64,000 bases of DNA from a virus. The number at the start of each line of letters is the position of its first letter. The stretch's first letter is position 1. Location of the stretch: positions 1 through 64,000 of the IMG/VR virus record IMGVR_UViG_3300025407_000799. One strand, given 5' to 3'. Made by a program: the position numbers and the translations under genes. Under the pieces are notes generated by a model. The model saw only the letters and a program-made list of their open reading frames with translations. It was not told where the DNA came from and did not search any database. Shown here piece by piece: positions 7,914 through 16,218 of the stretch.

Positions 7914-9094
7914 TGCGTTTAAGACAACTTTTTGAAAACTTAGATCGCACCGGCGAAGGAAAAGCTGCTGTAGTTGGTTGGGGTCGCGGCATGGGTCATA
8001 AAGGACACATGTTCTTAGCTGACGCTGTTATTACACAAGCTGAAGAAACTGGCGCTGATCCTTATTTTGTTGTTAGTCGTACTATAGGTAAAGACGATCC
8101 AATTACTCCAGAAGAAAAATTGCACATCTATAAAAAAGTATTTCCTAAACATGGACATATTTTTCATACCGCTACAGAAGAAATGCCAGATTTAACTCGT
8201 GTACTAACACAGTTAAACAAACATGGTTATACAGATGTTACGGTAGTTGTTGGTGCAGATCAAAAAAATGCTTTAAGTTATGTAACACAGTATAACGGTA
8301 AACCAGATAAAGCAGGTAATGTACCATTTAATTTTAATAGTTTAAATGTTATTAGTCGTCAAGAGACTAATAGTAAGTATTCCCAAGAAGAAGGACCACG
8401 TGCTACACCAATGCGCGATATACTTAAAGATCCTAATGCCAGTGACGATGAAAAATTCCAAGCATGGCGTGACGCTATGAGTCCAGAACTAAGCGATGAT
8501 GAAGTTCGCGACATGATGACAAAAGCTGGACAACGCATGGCAGATCCTACCTTTGGTAAAAAGCCTAAAGTAGCAAAGAAAGAAAAGGCTGTAGCGGAAA
8601 ACGTTACTTCGATTAAATATGCTAATAAGGTAATTAGAGAAATGAGAGCACAAGAATTTGTCCGTCGTCAATTAAATGAAAAAGCAACTATAACAGCAGC
8701 TACACCAGATGCACCGTATGCCGGTCAAGGTGATAGCGATGATTTAGCAGATGAACACTTGGCTGGTTTAAACCATGCTGTTAGTTTTCCATCTATCAGT
8801 ATGAACAAATCAAATGGTAGTTCTTATCTACAATATAGATTTGGTCTAGCAATGGCTGGAGCACACCCTAATGCAAACGACCATATGCCTGTGCCTATGT
8901 CTACCGGAGGAGCATTTAGCGGAGATCCATTAATTGCACCGTTCAGCGATCAGGATTTAGAAATTGTTAAAGCTGCAGGCAAACATATTGGTGCCGGTAA
9001 AATGACTAAATTGGCAGATAGAAGTAATGAAATGCCAAATACTAATAAAGTTAGTCCTATAGCTAAACCTAAAAAGAACAAATACGGAATATAA
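7913..9094 (+). CDS. HxGH nucleotidyltransferase (cytidylyltransferase-like) fused to a second CTS-bearing module starting at 8642
   Basis: WGRGMGHKGH, VVVGAD, RATPMR (SxTxxR-like); N-terminus MRLRQLFE; internal MRAQEF at 8642. Confidence 0.8.
   Translation: MRLRQLFENLDRTGEGKAAVVGWGRGMGHKGHMFLADAVITQAEETGADPYFVVSRTIGKDDPITPEEKLHIYKKVFPKHGHIFHTATEEMPDLTRVLTQLNKHGYTDVTVVVGADQKNALSYVTQYNGKPDKAGNVPFNFNSLNVISRQETNSKYSQEEGPRATPMRDILKDPNASDDEKFQAWRDAMSPELSDDEVRDMMTKAGQRMADPTFGKKPKVAKKEKAVAENVTSIKYANKVIREMRAQEFVRRQLNEKATITAATPDAPYAGQGDSDDLADEHLAGLNHAVSFPSISMNKSNGSSYLQYRFGLAMAGAHPNANDHMPVPMSTGGAFSGDPLIAPFSDQDLEIVKAAGKHIGAGKMTKLADRSNEMPNTNKVSPIAKPKKNKYGI
8614..8630 (+). promoter_or_regulatory. Internal late-promoter-like TAAATA and AAGG RBS ahead of in-frame ATG 8642
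   Basis: TAAATA at 8614-8619, AAGG at 8627-8630, ATG at 8642 encoding MRAQEF. Confidence 0.45.
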
Positions 9095-9473
9095 AATGCG
9101 AGCCAAAGAGTTTATTACCGAACATACAGGAAAGCATCATGATAATCACATGGTAGCAGCTCAAGGTACTCGTAAGGTTCGCGATCCTGGAGGTTACTAT
9201 CCTAGTTACCATCAAATGCGCATGGGTATAGTAGTTGGTACTATGGACGGTAAAGGTAATATACCAAAAAATGTTCCGCATGAAAGTTGGATGGGTCCAT
9301 ATTGGACGCAACATCCTTGGACTGAAATAGAACATAAGATGTTCCAAGATGCTAAAAAAGTCATCCCAACAGAAGATCATGAAGTAATACCTTGGAAGAA
9401 AAGTGAAGAGCCAAGTGATACACACAAAGTTAGCCCAATAGCTAAATCTAAAAAGAACAAATACGGAATCTAA
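9047..9473 (+). repeat. Imperfect 48-nt direct repeat (9047-9094 and 9426-9473) encoding KVSPIAK[P/S]KKNKYGI-stop
   Basis: 44/48 nt identical by manual alignment. Confidence 0.9.
9096..9473 (+). CDS. Putative capsid-internal protein, paralog of the 8642-9094 module
   Basis: MRAKEFITE resembles the T4 CTS MKTYQEFIAE; shared basic C-terminal tail. Confidence 0.8.
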   Translation: MRAKEFITEHTGKHHDNHMVAAQGTRKVRDPGGYYPSYHQMRMGIVVGTMDGKGNIPKNVPHESWMGPYWTQHPWTEIEHKMFQDAKKVIPTEDHEVIPWKKSEEPSDTHKVSPIAKSKKNKYGI

Positions 9474-9474
9474 G

Positions 9475-9912
9475 ATGGACGAAAAATATCATTTAGCACT
9501 TAAAACAGCATTTGCTAGTGAATATGCCTTTGCATTAAAGGCGCAAAACTTTCATTGGAATACAGAAGGACCTTTATTCTATCAACAACATTTATTGTTT
9601 GAAAGAATTTATGATGAAGTTTACGGAAGCATTGATACGTTTGCTGAACAATTACGTGCTTTACAAGTTTATACTCCAGCAAGTTTAGCTAAATTTAGTA
9701 TGTTATCTAAAGTAGAAGACGAAAATGCTGTACCAGATTTTCACGGAATGTTAAGCGAGTTATTAGAAGATAGTGAACGTATGGCTAATATCTTTCGTAT
9801 TACATTTACTATGGCAGAAGAACACGGCGATCACGGACTAAGTAATTTTTTAGCAGATCGTCAAGATGCACATAAAAAACACAGCTGGATGTTAAGAGCG
9901 AGTTTAAAATAA
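9475..9912 (+). CDS. dps: Dps / ferritin-like DNA protection protein
   Basis: NFHWN..G..F...H..FE..Y....D..AE ferroxidase pattern; C-terminal HSWML. Confidence 0.9.
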   Translation: MDEKYHLALKTAFASEYAFALKAQNFHWNTEGPLFYQQHLLFERIYDEVYGSIDTFAEQLRALQVYTPASLAKFSMLSKVEDENAVPDFHGMLSELLEDSERMANIFRITFTMAEEHGDHGLSNFLADRQDAHKKHSWMLRASLK

Positions 9913-10148
9913 TGGATGAACTAGCACAACTTAAGAAGTTAGCAGGCATTAACGAGTTTAAAGGCCTACAACCTTACGGCGGTAGCAATATCAGTATAAC
10001 TGGTACAGAGAAAGCAAAGATTATGCGTGAACAAAATATACAGCCTGGAACTGAAGAATGGTTCAAGTTGTGGTTTAGTTTACCTAAATTTATGAATGGC
10101 GAACGTGCTGTAGGTACAGGATACAGAGGAATTAAAAATGAAAATTAA
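9912..10148 (+). CDS. Small conserved phage protein with ELAQLKKLAG motif
   Basis: Coupled TAATG start; MDELAQLKKLAGINE; IQPGTEEWFKLWF. Confidence 0.75.
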   Translation: MDELAQLKKLAGINEFKGLQPYGGSNISITGTEKAKIMREQNIQPGTEEWFKLWFSLPKFMNGERAVGTGYRGIKNEN

Positions 10149-10971
10149 TGAATTAGAAGAAAGTTACAGACGTAACAGCCTAACAAATTATTACGATAGC
10201 GATGGCAATGATTTGCGTGGCGGTGCTAGCGATGAAGCTAATTTATGGTACAAATACGATCCGCAAGACGGCAGACTTAAACAACGAATGATTGCCGGGC
10301 ACGAAGAACGTGCTGCACGTAACGCAGGATTCAGAGATGGGCAAGAGGCTGCATTAAGAGTACACGGCATTGTTAGGAGCAAATATCATCACGGTAAGTG
10401 GATACAAAATCAAGGCGGCAAGTGGATTGAAGTACATCCGTTTGGTAACTCAGAAATTGAGAATGAAGGTATAGCTAGTGCGGCTATGGCAAAATTGCCT
10501 GGTTTTCTAAATACCATAGGAAAAGATTCACAATCGATTGCTAAAATACAAGATCAAATCACTCAGCGCATAGTACGTGCAGGTGAAGGACATCCTGCTG
10601 TGGCTCATTTGAATGATGCACATAGTTGGCTAAGCCAGATGTATAAGAATCCTACCGAAGAACAAGCCAAGGCATTTTACCAAGCTGTTCAAAAAGCCAA
10701 TGGTGCTGGTATTAGAGAATCGGCTACAGCAGGTGCTACCAGTGCCGCTAACATCGGAACCGTAGATGCTCCGCATTTAAGTCCAGGAAAAGCCCGTGGA
10801 AAGAAAAGCTATATTGGTAGTCCAGGGCGTAGTGGCACAAAAGCACCCCCACAGCCTAAGGTTGTACAACCTAAAAACAAGAACGGAACAGCCAAAAACG
10901 GTTTAGATATTAAAGGTACCAGCTTATTTGGTGGTCCTAAGAACGAAGCACAAGTCATCAAAAGACGCTAA
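10138..10971 (+). CDS. Putative capsid-internal modular protein
   Basis: MKINELEE/S, IENE/G, IRE/S; basic C-terminal module. Confidence 0.7.
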   Translation: MKINELEESYRRNSLTNYYDSDGNDLRGGASDEANLWYKYDPQDGRLKQRMIAGHEERAARNAGFRDGQEAALRVHGIVRSKYHHGKWIQNQGGKWIEVHPFGNSEIENEGIASAAMAKLPGFLNTIGKDSQSIAKIQDQITQRIVRAGEGHPAVAHLNDAHSWLSQMYKNPTEEQAKAFYQAVQKANGAGIRESATAGATSAANIGTVDAPHLSPGKARGKKSYIGSPGRSGTKAPPQPKVVQPKNKNGTAKNGLDIKGTSLFGGPKNEAQVIKRR

Positions 10972-10974
10972 ATA
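10968..10974 (+). promoter_or_regulatory. T4-like late promoter
   Basis: CTAAATA about 25 nt upstream of ATG 10999; GGAG RBS in between. Confidence 0.55.
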
Positions 10975-10998
10975 TATAAAGATAAACGGAGTATACTC

Positions 10999-12492
10999 AT
11001 GCCACCAGAATTAGATAACATGGAACCAGAAATGAACATGGACAACCAAGAAGGGGAAGTAATTGGAACGCACGGCGACACAGATCGCGAAGGTGCAATG
11101 GCCAAAGCTGACCTACACAAACTAGCCACTTATGCTACAAAACTAGGCGAACAGATCCAAGACGAAGATCAATTAGAAGCATGGGTACAAGCTAAGATTA
11201 CCAAAGCAGCTGATTATATCGCTAGTGTGTATCATTATCTAGAATACGAAATGAAGTTTACAGAGTATGCTCATCATTTAGATAATAGCGATACCTTAAG
11301 CGAAAGTCAAAAACGTGCTCTTAAAAACAAGTTAATGGAAGCTAAGGCTAAAGTTAAAGAACTTAAGAAAACTCAAGCTGAAAAGATTAAGTCTAAAGAA
11401 GAAAAAATTGACGAAAGTTTGATGGACCCATGCGGACACTGCGGTGGTTCAGGACATGTTGAACGTCAAATTCCTGGACATGTAAAAGCTAAAGTAGAAA
11501 AACATAAAAAACTACATAACTTTATTGATAAAAAAATTAAAGATGCTAATAAAAACGGAATCCCAGATGACGAAGAAGTTGACGAAGATTTTGATGCATT
11601 AAAGAAAACAGGCGATAAGACTAAAACAGCTGCAGGCGGTATAGTTACTAAGACTGACAAAGGTATCAAACACGAGCGTCCTTCATCAAGTTATGATGAT
11701 GGCGGTGATGAGTTAGATTCAATTGCTAAATCAGGCAAGGGCACAAAGAGTCATGCTAAAGCTAAAGACTCTGCTACTAAGAAAGCTGAAAAGTCAAACG
11801 ACATCAAACTACCTAAGCACACAGGCAATACATGGGGCATGAAAGGTGGCGAAAAGTTTGGTAAGAAGATGGAAGAAGGCAAAGAAAAGAAAGCCGACAA
11901 AGACTACGACGGTGACGGTAAAGTAGAATCTGGTAAAGATGAATACTTAGGTAGCCGCATTGCTGCTGCTAAGAAGGCTGGCAAATTAAAAGAAGCCGTC
12001 AAGATGTGCAAAGAATGCGATATGCCTGTAACAGAATGCAGTTGCAAGTCAGTTAAAGAAAGTGCCAAGCCAAGCGCAGGTTTAAGCAAGGCTAAAAAGT
12101 CTGCTACAGTTAAAAAGGCCAAAGCAGGCGGCGACATTGGTAAACCAGGTAAAGGTTTTGACAAACTAGCTAAAAAAGCCGGTGGTGGCGAGAAAGGTGA
12201 GAAAATTGCCGCGGCCGCTATGTGGAAGAACATCAAAGAAACTACTGCTTACATTGCTGAAAAAGCAAAAGCTGCTAAACCAGATTTCTTAGACATGGAC
12301 AAAGACGGTGACAAGAAAGAGCCAATGAAGAAAGCTGTTGCTGACAAGAAGAAAGAGGCTGTTAAAGAGTCTACAGATTTTAGTCGCTTACAAGAGCTAA
12401 CAGGTCGCTTGAATCGTGCAGAAAAGCCAGCACTAGTTGAAAACCGTGAGGTAGATCAAATCCGTGCATTAACAAAACGTTTATTGGGATAA
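10999..12492 (+). CDS. Lys/Glu-rich modular head/core-like protein with EF-hand-like and Cys-rich minimodules
   Basis: LEAWVQAKITKAADY domain; DYDGDGKVESGKDE, DMDKDGDKKE, DANKNGIPDD loops; CGHCGGSG and CKEC...CSC; many [ILVM]xE sites. Confidence 0.75.
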   Translation: MPPELDNMEPEMNMDNQEGEVIGTHGDTDREGAMAKADLHKLATYATKLGEQIQDEDQLEAWVQAKITKAADYIASVYHYLEYEMKFTEYAHHLDNSDTLSESQKRALKNKLMEAKAKVKELKKTQAEKIKSKEEKIDESLMDPCGHCGGSGHVERQIPGHVKAKVEKHKKLHNFIDKKIKDANKNGIPDDEEVDEDFDALKKTGDKTKTAAGGIVTKTDKGIKHERPSSSYDDGGDELDSIAKSGKGTKSHAKAKDSATKKAEKSNDIKLPKHTGNTWGMKGGEKFGKKMEEGKEKKADKDYDGDGKVESGKDEYLGSRIAAAKKAGKLKEAVKMCKECDMPVTECSCKSVKESAKPSAGLSKAKKSATVKKAKAGGDIGKPGKGFDKLAKKAGGGEKGEKIAAAAMWKNIKETTAYIAEKAKAAKPDFLDMDKDGDKKEPMKKAVADKKKEAVKESTDFSRLQELTGRLNRAEKPALVENREVDQIRALTKRLLG

Positions 12493-12496
12493 TCCA

Positions 12497-13336
12497 ATGG
12501 ACATGAAGCGCATTCTACAGGCGATGGATGGAGTGTCTACAAAGCCTGTAGAAGGCGCAAATGACATGAAAAAGTTCCTTCAGGTTGTAACTGAAGGGGC
12601 TAATCCTCATAAAGTTAGCTTGCCTGTTCAAATGGCCATGCAACACTATCAGAAGCCTAAAGAAGAACCTACTAGACCTGTAGGACGCGAACTTACTATT
12701 AGCAAATATTTTCATAAAGTAGAAGAAGAGCTTGCTGAACAAAAAACTGAAAAGCAACAATTAATAAAACAATACAGTCAAACTATTGCTGACCGTGTTT
12801 TAATGAAAGAATCTGCATCAAAAAAACTTGCAGAACATGAAATCCCCGGACATAGTATGGGATTCACAGGCGGTGTCGGTCCTGGTATGCAAGATTATGT
12901 AGTCGATGAAGCTCCATTAGATTTTGATAAAGAAAATCCAGCATCCAGTACTATATACGGACATAAGAGTAATCCTGGATCTATTGAATATAGAATTATG
13001 CGAGCTCGCGCACAACTAAAAGATTTAGCAGAACGAGCACAAAGTAACGAATTAATTGTATGGGAAGGCATTTCACGTCAATTCCCTGAACTGGCCATGA
13101 ATATCGAAGAAATACGTCATGGTATTGAAGAACTAGCTAAGATCCGTAAAGGCGGTGGACGTAGAGTCCACAATATACCTAAGGAAATTGGAGAAGCTGT
13201 ACTAGCTCCTATCAAACCAGCTACACCAAAAGCAATTAAACCAAAAAAGAAAACTAGTGTTTGTCGAACAGGACAAGTACAAACAGGAATGCAAACCAAA
13301 GATGGGAAGCTAGTTCCCAAGTGTTCAATTAAATAA
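12497..13336 (+). CDS. Putative capsid-internal modular protein
   Basis: MDMKRILQAMD...DMKKFLQVVTE; several xxE/[GSA] sites; C-terminal C...LVPKC module. Confidence 0.7.
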   Translation: MDMKRILQAMDGVSTKPVEGANDMKKFLQVVTEGANPHKVSLPVQMAMQHYQKPKEEPTRPVGRELTISKYFHKVEEELAEQKTEKQQLIKQYSQTIADRVLMKESASKKLAEHEIPGHSMGFTGGVGPGMQDYVVDEAPLDFDKENPASSTIYGHKSNPGSIEYRIMRARAQLKDLAERAQSNELIVWEGISRQFPELAMNIEEIRHGIEELAKIRKGGGRRVHNIPKEIGEAVLAPIKPATPKAIKPKKKTSVCRTGQVQTGMQTKDGKLVPKCSIK

Positions 13337-13339
13337 ATA
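13330..13339 (+). promoter_or_regulatory. T4-like late promoter
   Basis: TAAATAAATA upstream of the AGGGA RBS and ATG 13360. Confidence 0.55.
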
Positions 13340-13359
13340 TAAAATCGTTAGGGAATAAT

Positions 13360-15783
13360 ATGAACTTAAGAGATTTGATGACAAAATTAGATACTATTGC
13401 AGAAGCAGATGATGCTAGAGCACAGTATGACAAATTTAAAGCCGATGACGCTCGTGCAGGAGCTATTACACAAGTTAAAACAATGCTAAAGCCAAATGGT
13501 GGCGGAAACTTTATCGATCCTAAGGACGGTATTGTTAAATGGCAAGAACAAATGCAAGGCGATTCAGGTGGGCCTGGTAGCGTCAGAGAGTTTCCATTCG
13601 ACTGGTATAAGAAAGGTCAAGAATCAAAGTTTTTTGATATTTTAAAAACTGCTGGATTAGAACTAGTTCCAGTTGATAGAAAAAATTTGTTTGGTACAAG
13701 TCAAGTAGTAGGTATTAAAGGCGGGCCACAAGCATTAGCTAATTTAGATAAACCTCAAACTCCTACAGCACCAACAGGTCCAACTGCAGGACAGCAAAAA
13801 GGTCCACAAGACGATATTGCAAAATTAGATGCGTTAACTGCTCAATTAGAAGCTAGTTTGAAAGGTCAAGGTCCTGCTCCAGATACAACAACAACACCAA
13901 CTACTACAACTACTACTAATCCACCAGTTAAGAAAGACGAACCACAAAGTACTGGTAAGAAAGTTGCTACAGGGTTGGGAATTGGTGCTGGTGCATTGGC
14001 TGGACAACAGCTAGCTAAAAAAGCTGGTATGGGTGGATTTGGTCAAGCAGGTGCTGCAGGCATCGGCGGTGCTATCGGTGGGTTAGTTCCACAGGCTTTT
14101 ATGAAAGAAGGCATTGAATTTAACTCAAGCATGGCTCAATCTTTAACTGAAAGTTTTGGTTATGAGTTTGAAAATGAACAATTAGACGAATACAGTATGC
14201 AACAGTTTGGCCAGGATGCTGGCGACTTTGGTCGTGGTGCATGGAACGGTGCAACATTAGGCACAGGCGATAACATTGTTGCCGGTGTTAAAAGTGCATT
14301 TGGTCCAGGCACATACAAAGATGAATTACAAAAACAAATGGCTTCTAGTCAAGAAGCTGAAAAACGTAGTCCTTGGTTATACGGTGCTGGTAATGTCGCT
14401 GGTAGTATTGCAGCTCCAATTCCTGGAGGTGCTGTTGCAGGTGGATTGATTAAAGGTATAAGTACAGGTGCTAAATTAGCTCGTGCTGGAACATCGTTAG
14501 GTGTTAATTTGGCTGCACAAAAAGGTGTAGATACACTTAAGAACAAAGCTGATATCAACACACTAGCACAAGGTGGCGATCAAAAATTAGCACAATTACA
14601 ACAAGTTATTAAAACTATACCAGATGGTAAATTTGGCCCTAACACACAAAAAGCTCTAGCAGCTTGGCAAGCAGAACAAGGGTTACCTGCAACAGGTAAA
14701 CCAGATCCTGCAACTTACGCTAAAGCTGGTATTGCAGAATCTAAAGCAACAACTGTTGCAGAAGATATCAAAGCATTACAAAACAAACTAGCAATGATCG
14801 AAAGCGGTCAATGGCGTTTAGAAGAAGATGCAGACTATCGTGTATGGTTAACAGAAGATAATACTGTTATCGATGATTACGGTAATCAAATTGTAGACGA
14901 AAATGTTCTGGATGCAATTGAATGGGATCAACAACGTTTAGACGAATTAAATTTAGGTGGAATAGGCAAGGCATTAGGCCGCGGTTGGGATAAAGTAGCT
15001 AACGTTGGCAGAAACTTTGCAGGTGGACTTGCTGGCAAAGATGCTACAGGCAATTTGATTAAAGATACTGAAAAGAGTTTTGCTAACAGAATGGCTACTG
15101 AACCTATGAAAAACGGTAAACTTCGTAGTCCTGGTCAAATTGCACGTGATTCAACAAACGCTCGCGGTACAGCCAATATGGCTAATAAAGCCGCTAACTG
15201 GGTTGGTCAAAATCCAGGTAAGACTGCTTTAGGTGCTGCAGCACTTGGAGCAGGAGGAATTGCAGCCGCAAATGCGTTAGGCGGAGGCAGTGCTAGTGAA
15301 ACAGGAACAACTACCGGGGGAGGTAGTGGCGGTGGCGGTGGAGGAGCTAATTCAGATCCAAATATGCCACAAGCACCAGCGGGAGATACTCCAGGAACTA
15401 CTCCAGCTGCTGGAAATTTAACTCCAGACCAACAAGCATTGATTAAGCAAATAGAAGAATTGATGTCACACGATTGGGCTGATGATAAAGATTGGATCAA
15501 AGCAACTGGACACGCTCGTGTTGTATTGGATAAAGCTACTAAAGCAAATCCTCTACAAACAGCGATGGATGCTAAGAACGATGCGGGCGCAACTACTCAA
15601 ACAGCAAGTACACCGGCATCTACTCCAGCTACCGGTCAAAGTGCTGCACCAACAGGTGCAACTACTCCAGATCCAACATTGAAAGTTTACAAAGATGGCG
15701 GTGGTGCAGGAGCTGCATCTAACCCAGCTGTTAAAGAATCGGAAGATGAATTGGCACGTTGGTTAAGAATCGCTCGCGGTTAA
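13360..15783 (+). CDS. Large Gly/Ala-rich virion protein with peptidoglycan-binding domain and glycine-zipper segments (candidate ejection protein)
   Basis: LQQ...PDGKFGPNTQKALAAWQAEQGLPATGKPDPAT (PG_binding_1-like); GxxxGxxxG hydrophobic stretches; MNLRDLM...IAE N-terminus; C-terminal ELARWLRIARG. Confidence 0.7.
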   Translation: MNLRDLMTKLDTIAEADDARAQYDKFKADDARAGAITQVKTMLKPNGGGNFIDPKDGIVKWQEQMQGDSGGPGSVREFPFDWYKKGQESKFFDILKTAGLELVPVDRKNLFGTSQVVGIKGGPQALANLDKPQTPTAPTGPTAGQQKGPQDDIAKLDALTAQLEASLKGQGPAPDTTTTPTTTTTTNPPVKKDEPQSTGKKVATGLGIGAGALAGQQLAKKAGMGGFGQAGAAGIGGAIGGLVPQAFMKEGIEFNSSMAQSLTESFGYEFENEQLDEYSMQQFGQDAGDFGRGAWNGATLGTGDNIVAGVKSAFGPGTYKDELQKQMASSQEAEKRSPWLYGAGNVAGSIAAPIPGGAVAGGLIKGISTGAKLARAGTSLGVNLAAQKGVDTLKNKADINTLAQGGDQKLAQLQQVIKTIPDGKFGPNTQKALAAWQAEQGLPATGKPDPATYAKAGIAESKATTVAEDIKALQNKLAMIESGQWRLEEDADYRVWLTEDNTVIDDYGNQIVDENVLDAIEWDQQRLDELNLGGIGKALGRGWDKVANVGRNFAGGLAGKDATGNLIKDTEKSFANRMATEPMKNGKLRSPGQIARDSTNARGTANMANKAANWVGQNPGKTALGAAALGAGGIAAANALGGGSASETGTTTGGGSGGGGGGANSDPNMPQAPAGDTPGTTPAAGNLTPDQQALIKQIEELMSHDWADDKDWIKATGHARVVLDKATKANPLQTAMDAKNDAGATTQTASTPASTPATGQSAAPTGATTPDPTLKVYKDGGGAGAASNPAVKESEDELARWLRIARG

Positions 15784-15789
15784 TCAAAT

Positions 15790-15815
15790 AAATGGCAGAT
15801 TAATTTCTGCCATTT
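15790..15815 (+). terminator. Hairpin ending the late cargo block
   Basis: AAATGGCAGA-TTAATT-TCTGCCATTT, perfect 10-bp stem right after the stop at 15783. Confidence 0.7.
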
Positions 15816-15828
15816 CCACCTCTAAAGG

Positions 15829-15857
15829 TTGAGTTTTTAAGATAATTAGTTTATAAT
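15829..15857 (+). promoter_or_regulatory. Sigma70-type promoter for the replication block
   Basis: TTGAGT, 17-nt spacer, TATAAT; AGGAGA RBS before ATG 15879. Confidence 0.75.
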
Positions 15858-15878
15858 AGGCAATATAGGAGATAATTT

Positions 15879-16136
15879 ATGTCAGGACGCTCGTACGGTG
15901 CAGAAGAAAAGGCAAAACTAGAAAGATTGATTAGCGAAGGTAGTACAGTATTACGTGAAGTCGAAGATTTAACAGAAGGCTTAAAAGAAACAGTTAAGGC
16001 AGTAGCAGAAGAATTGCAGATCAAACCATCAGTTATTAATAAGGCAATTAAAATCGCACATAAAGGTGATTGGCAAGCCCATAATGCTGATTGGGAAGAA
16101 ATTGAAGCAATTTTGGATATTACAAAACGTATCTAA
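15879..16136 (+). CDS. Small dsDNA-binding protein (T4 DsbA/GapR-like)
   Basis: 85-aa helical protein, LKETVKAVAEELQIKPSVINKAIK pattern, directly upstream of the polymerase. Confidence 0.6.
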   Translation: MSGRSYGAEEKAKLERLISEGSTVLREVEDLTEGLKETVKAVAEELQIKPSVINKAIKIAHKGDWQAHNADWEEIEAILDITKRI

Positions 16137-16150
16137 TAAGTAGTATAATA

Positions 16151-16210
16151 GAAAGGTTAGCTGGCCATAAACAGCATGAAGGTATTTGTCAGCCTAAATT
16201 GACAATGGAG
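16151..16210 (+). promoter_or_regulatory. Structured 5' leader of the DNA polymerase gene (two tandem hairpin/pseudoknot units)
   Basis: GCTG-GCCATAAA-CAGC and TTGTCA-GCCTAAAT-TGACAA, each preceded by GAA(A)GGT; second stem abuts the GGAG RBS. Confidence 0.55.
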
Positions 16211-16218
16211 AGTAAACT

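Noticed and set aside
16151-16210. Canonical preQ1-I riboswitch call
   Set aside because: The topology is similar, but the long P1 stem, ligand-pairing loop and extended A-tract of the canonical family are not evident; kept only as an unassigned structured leader.
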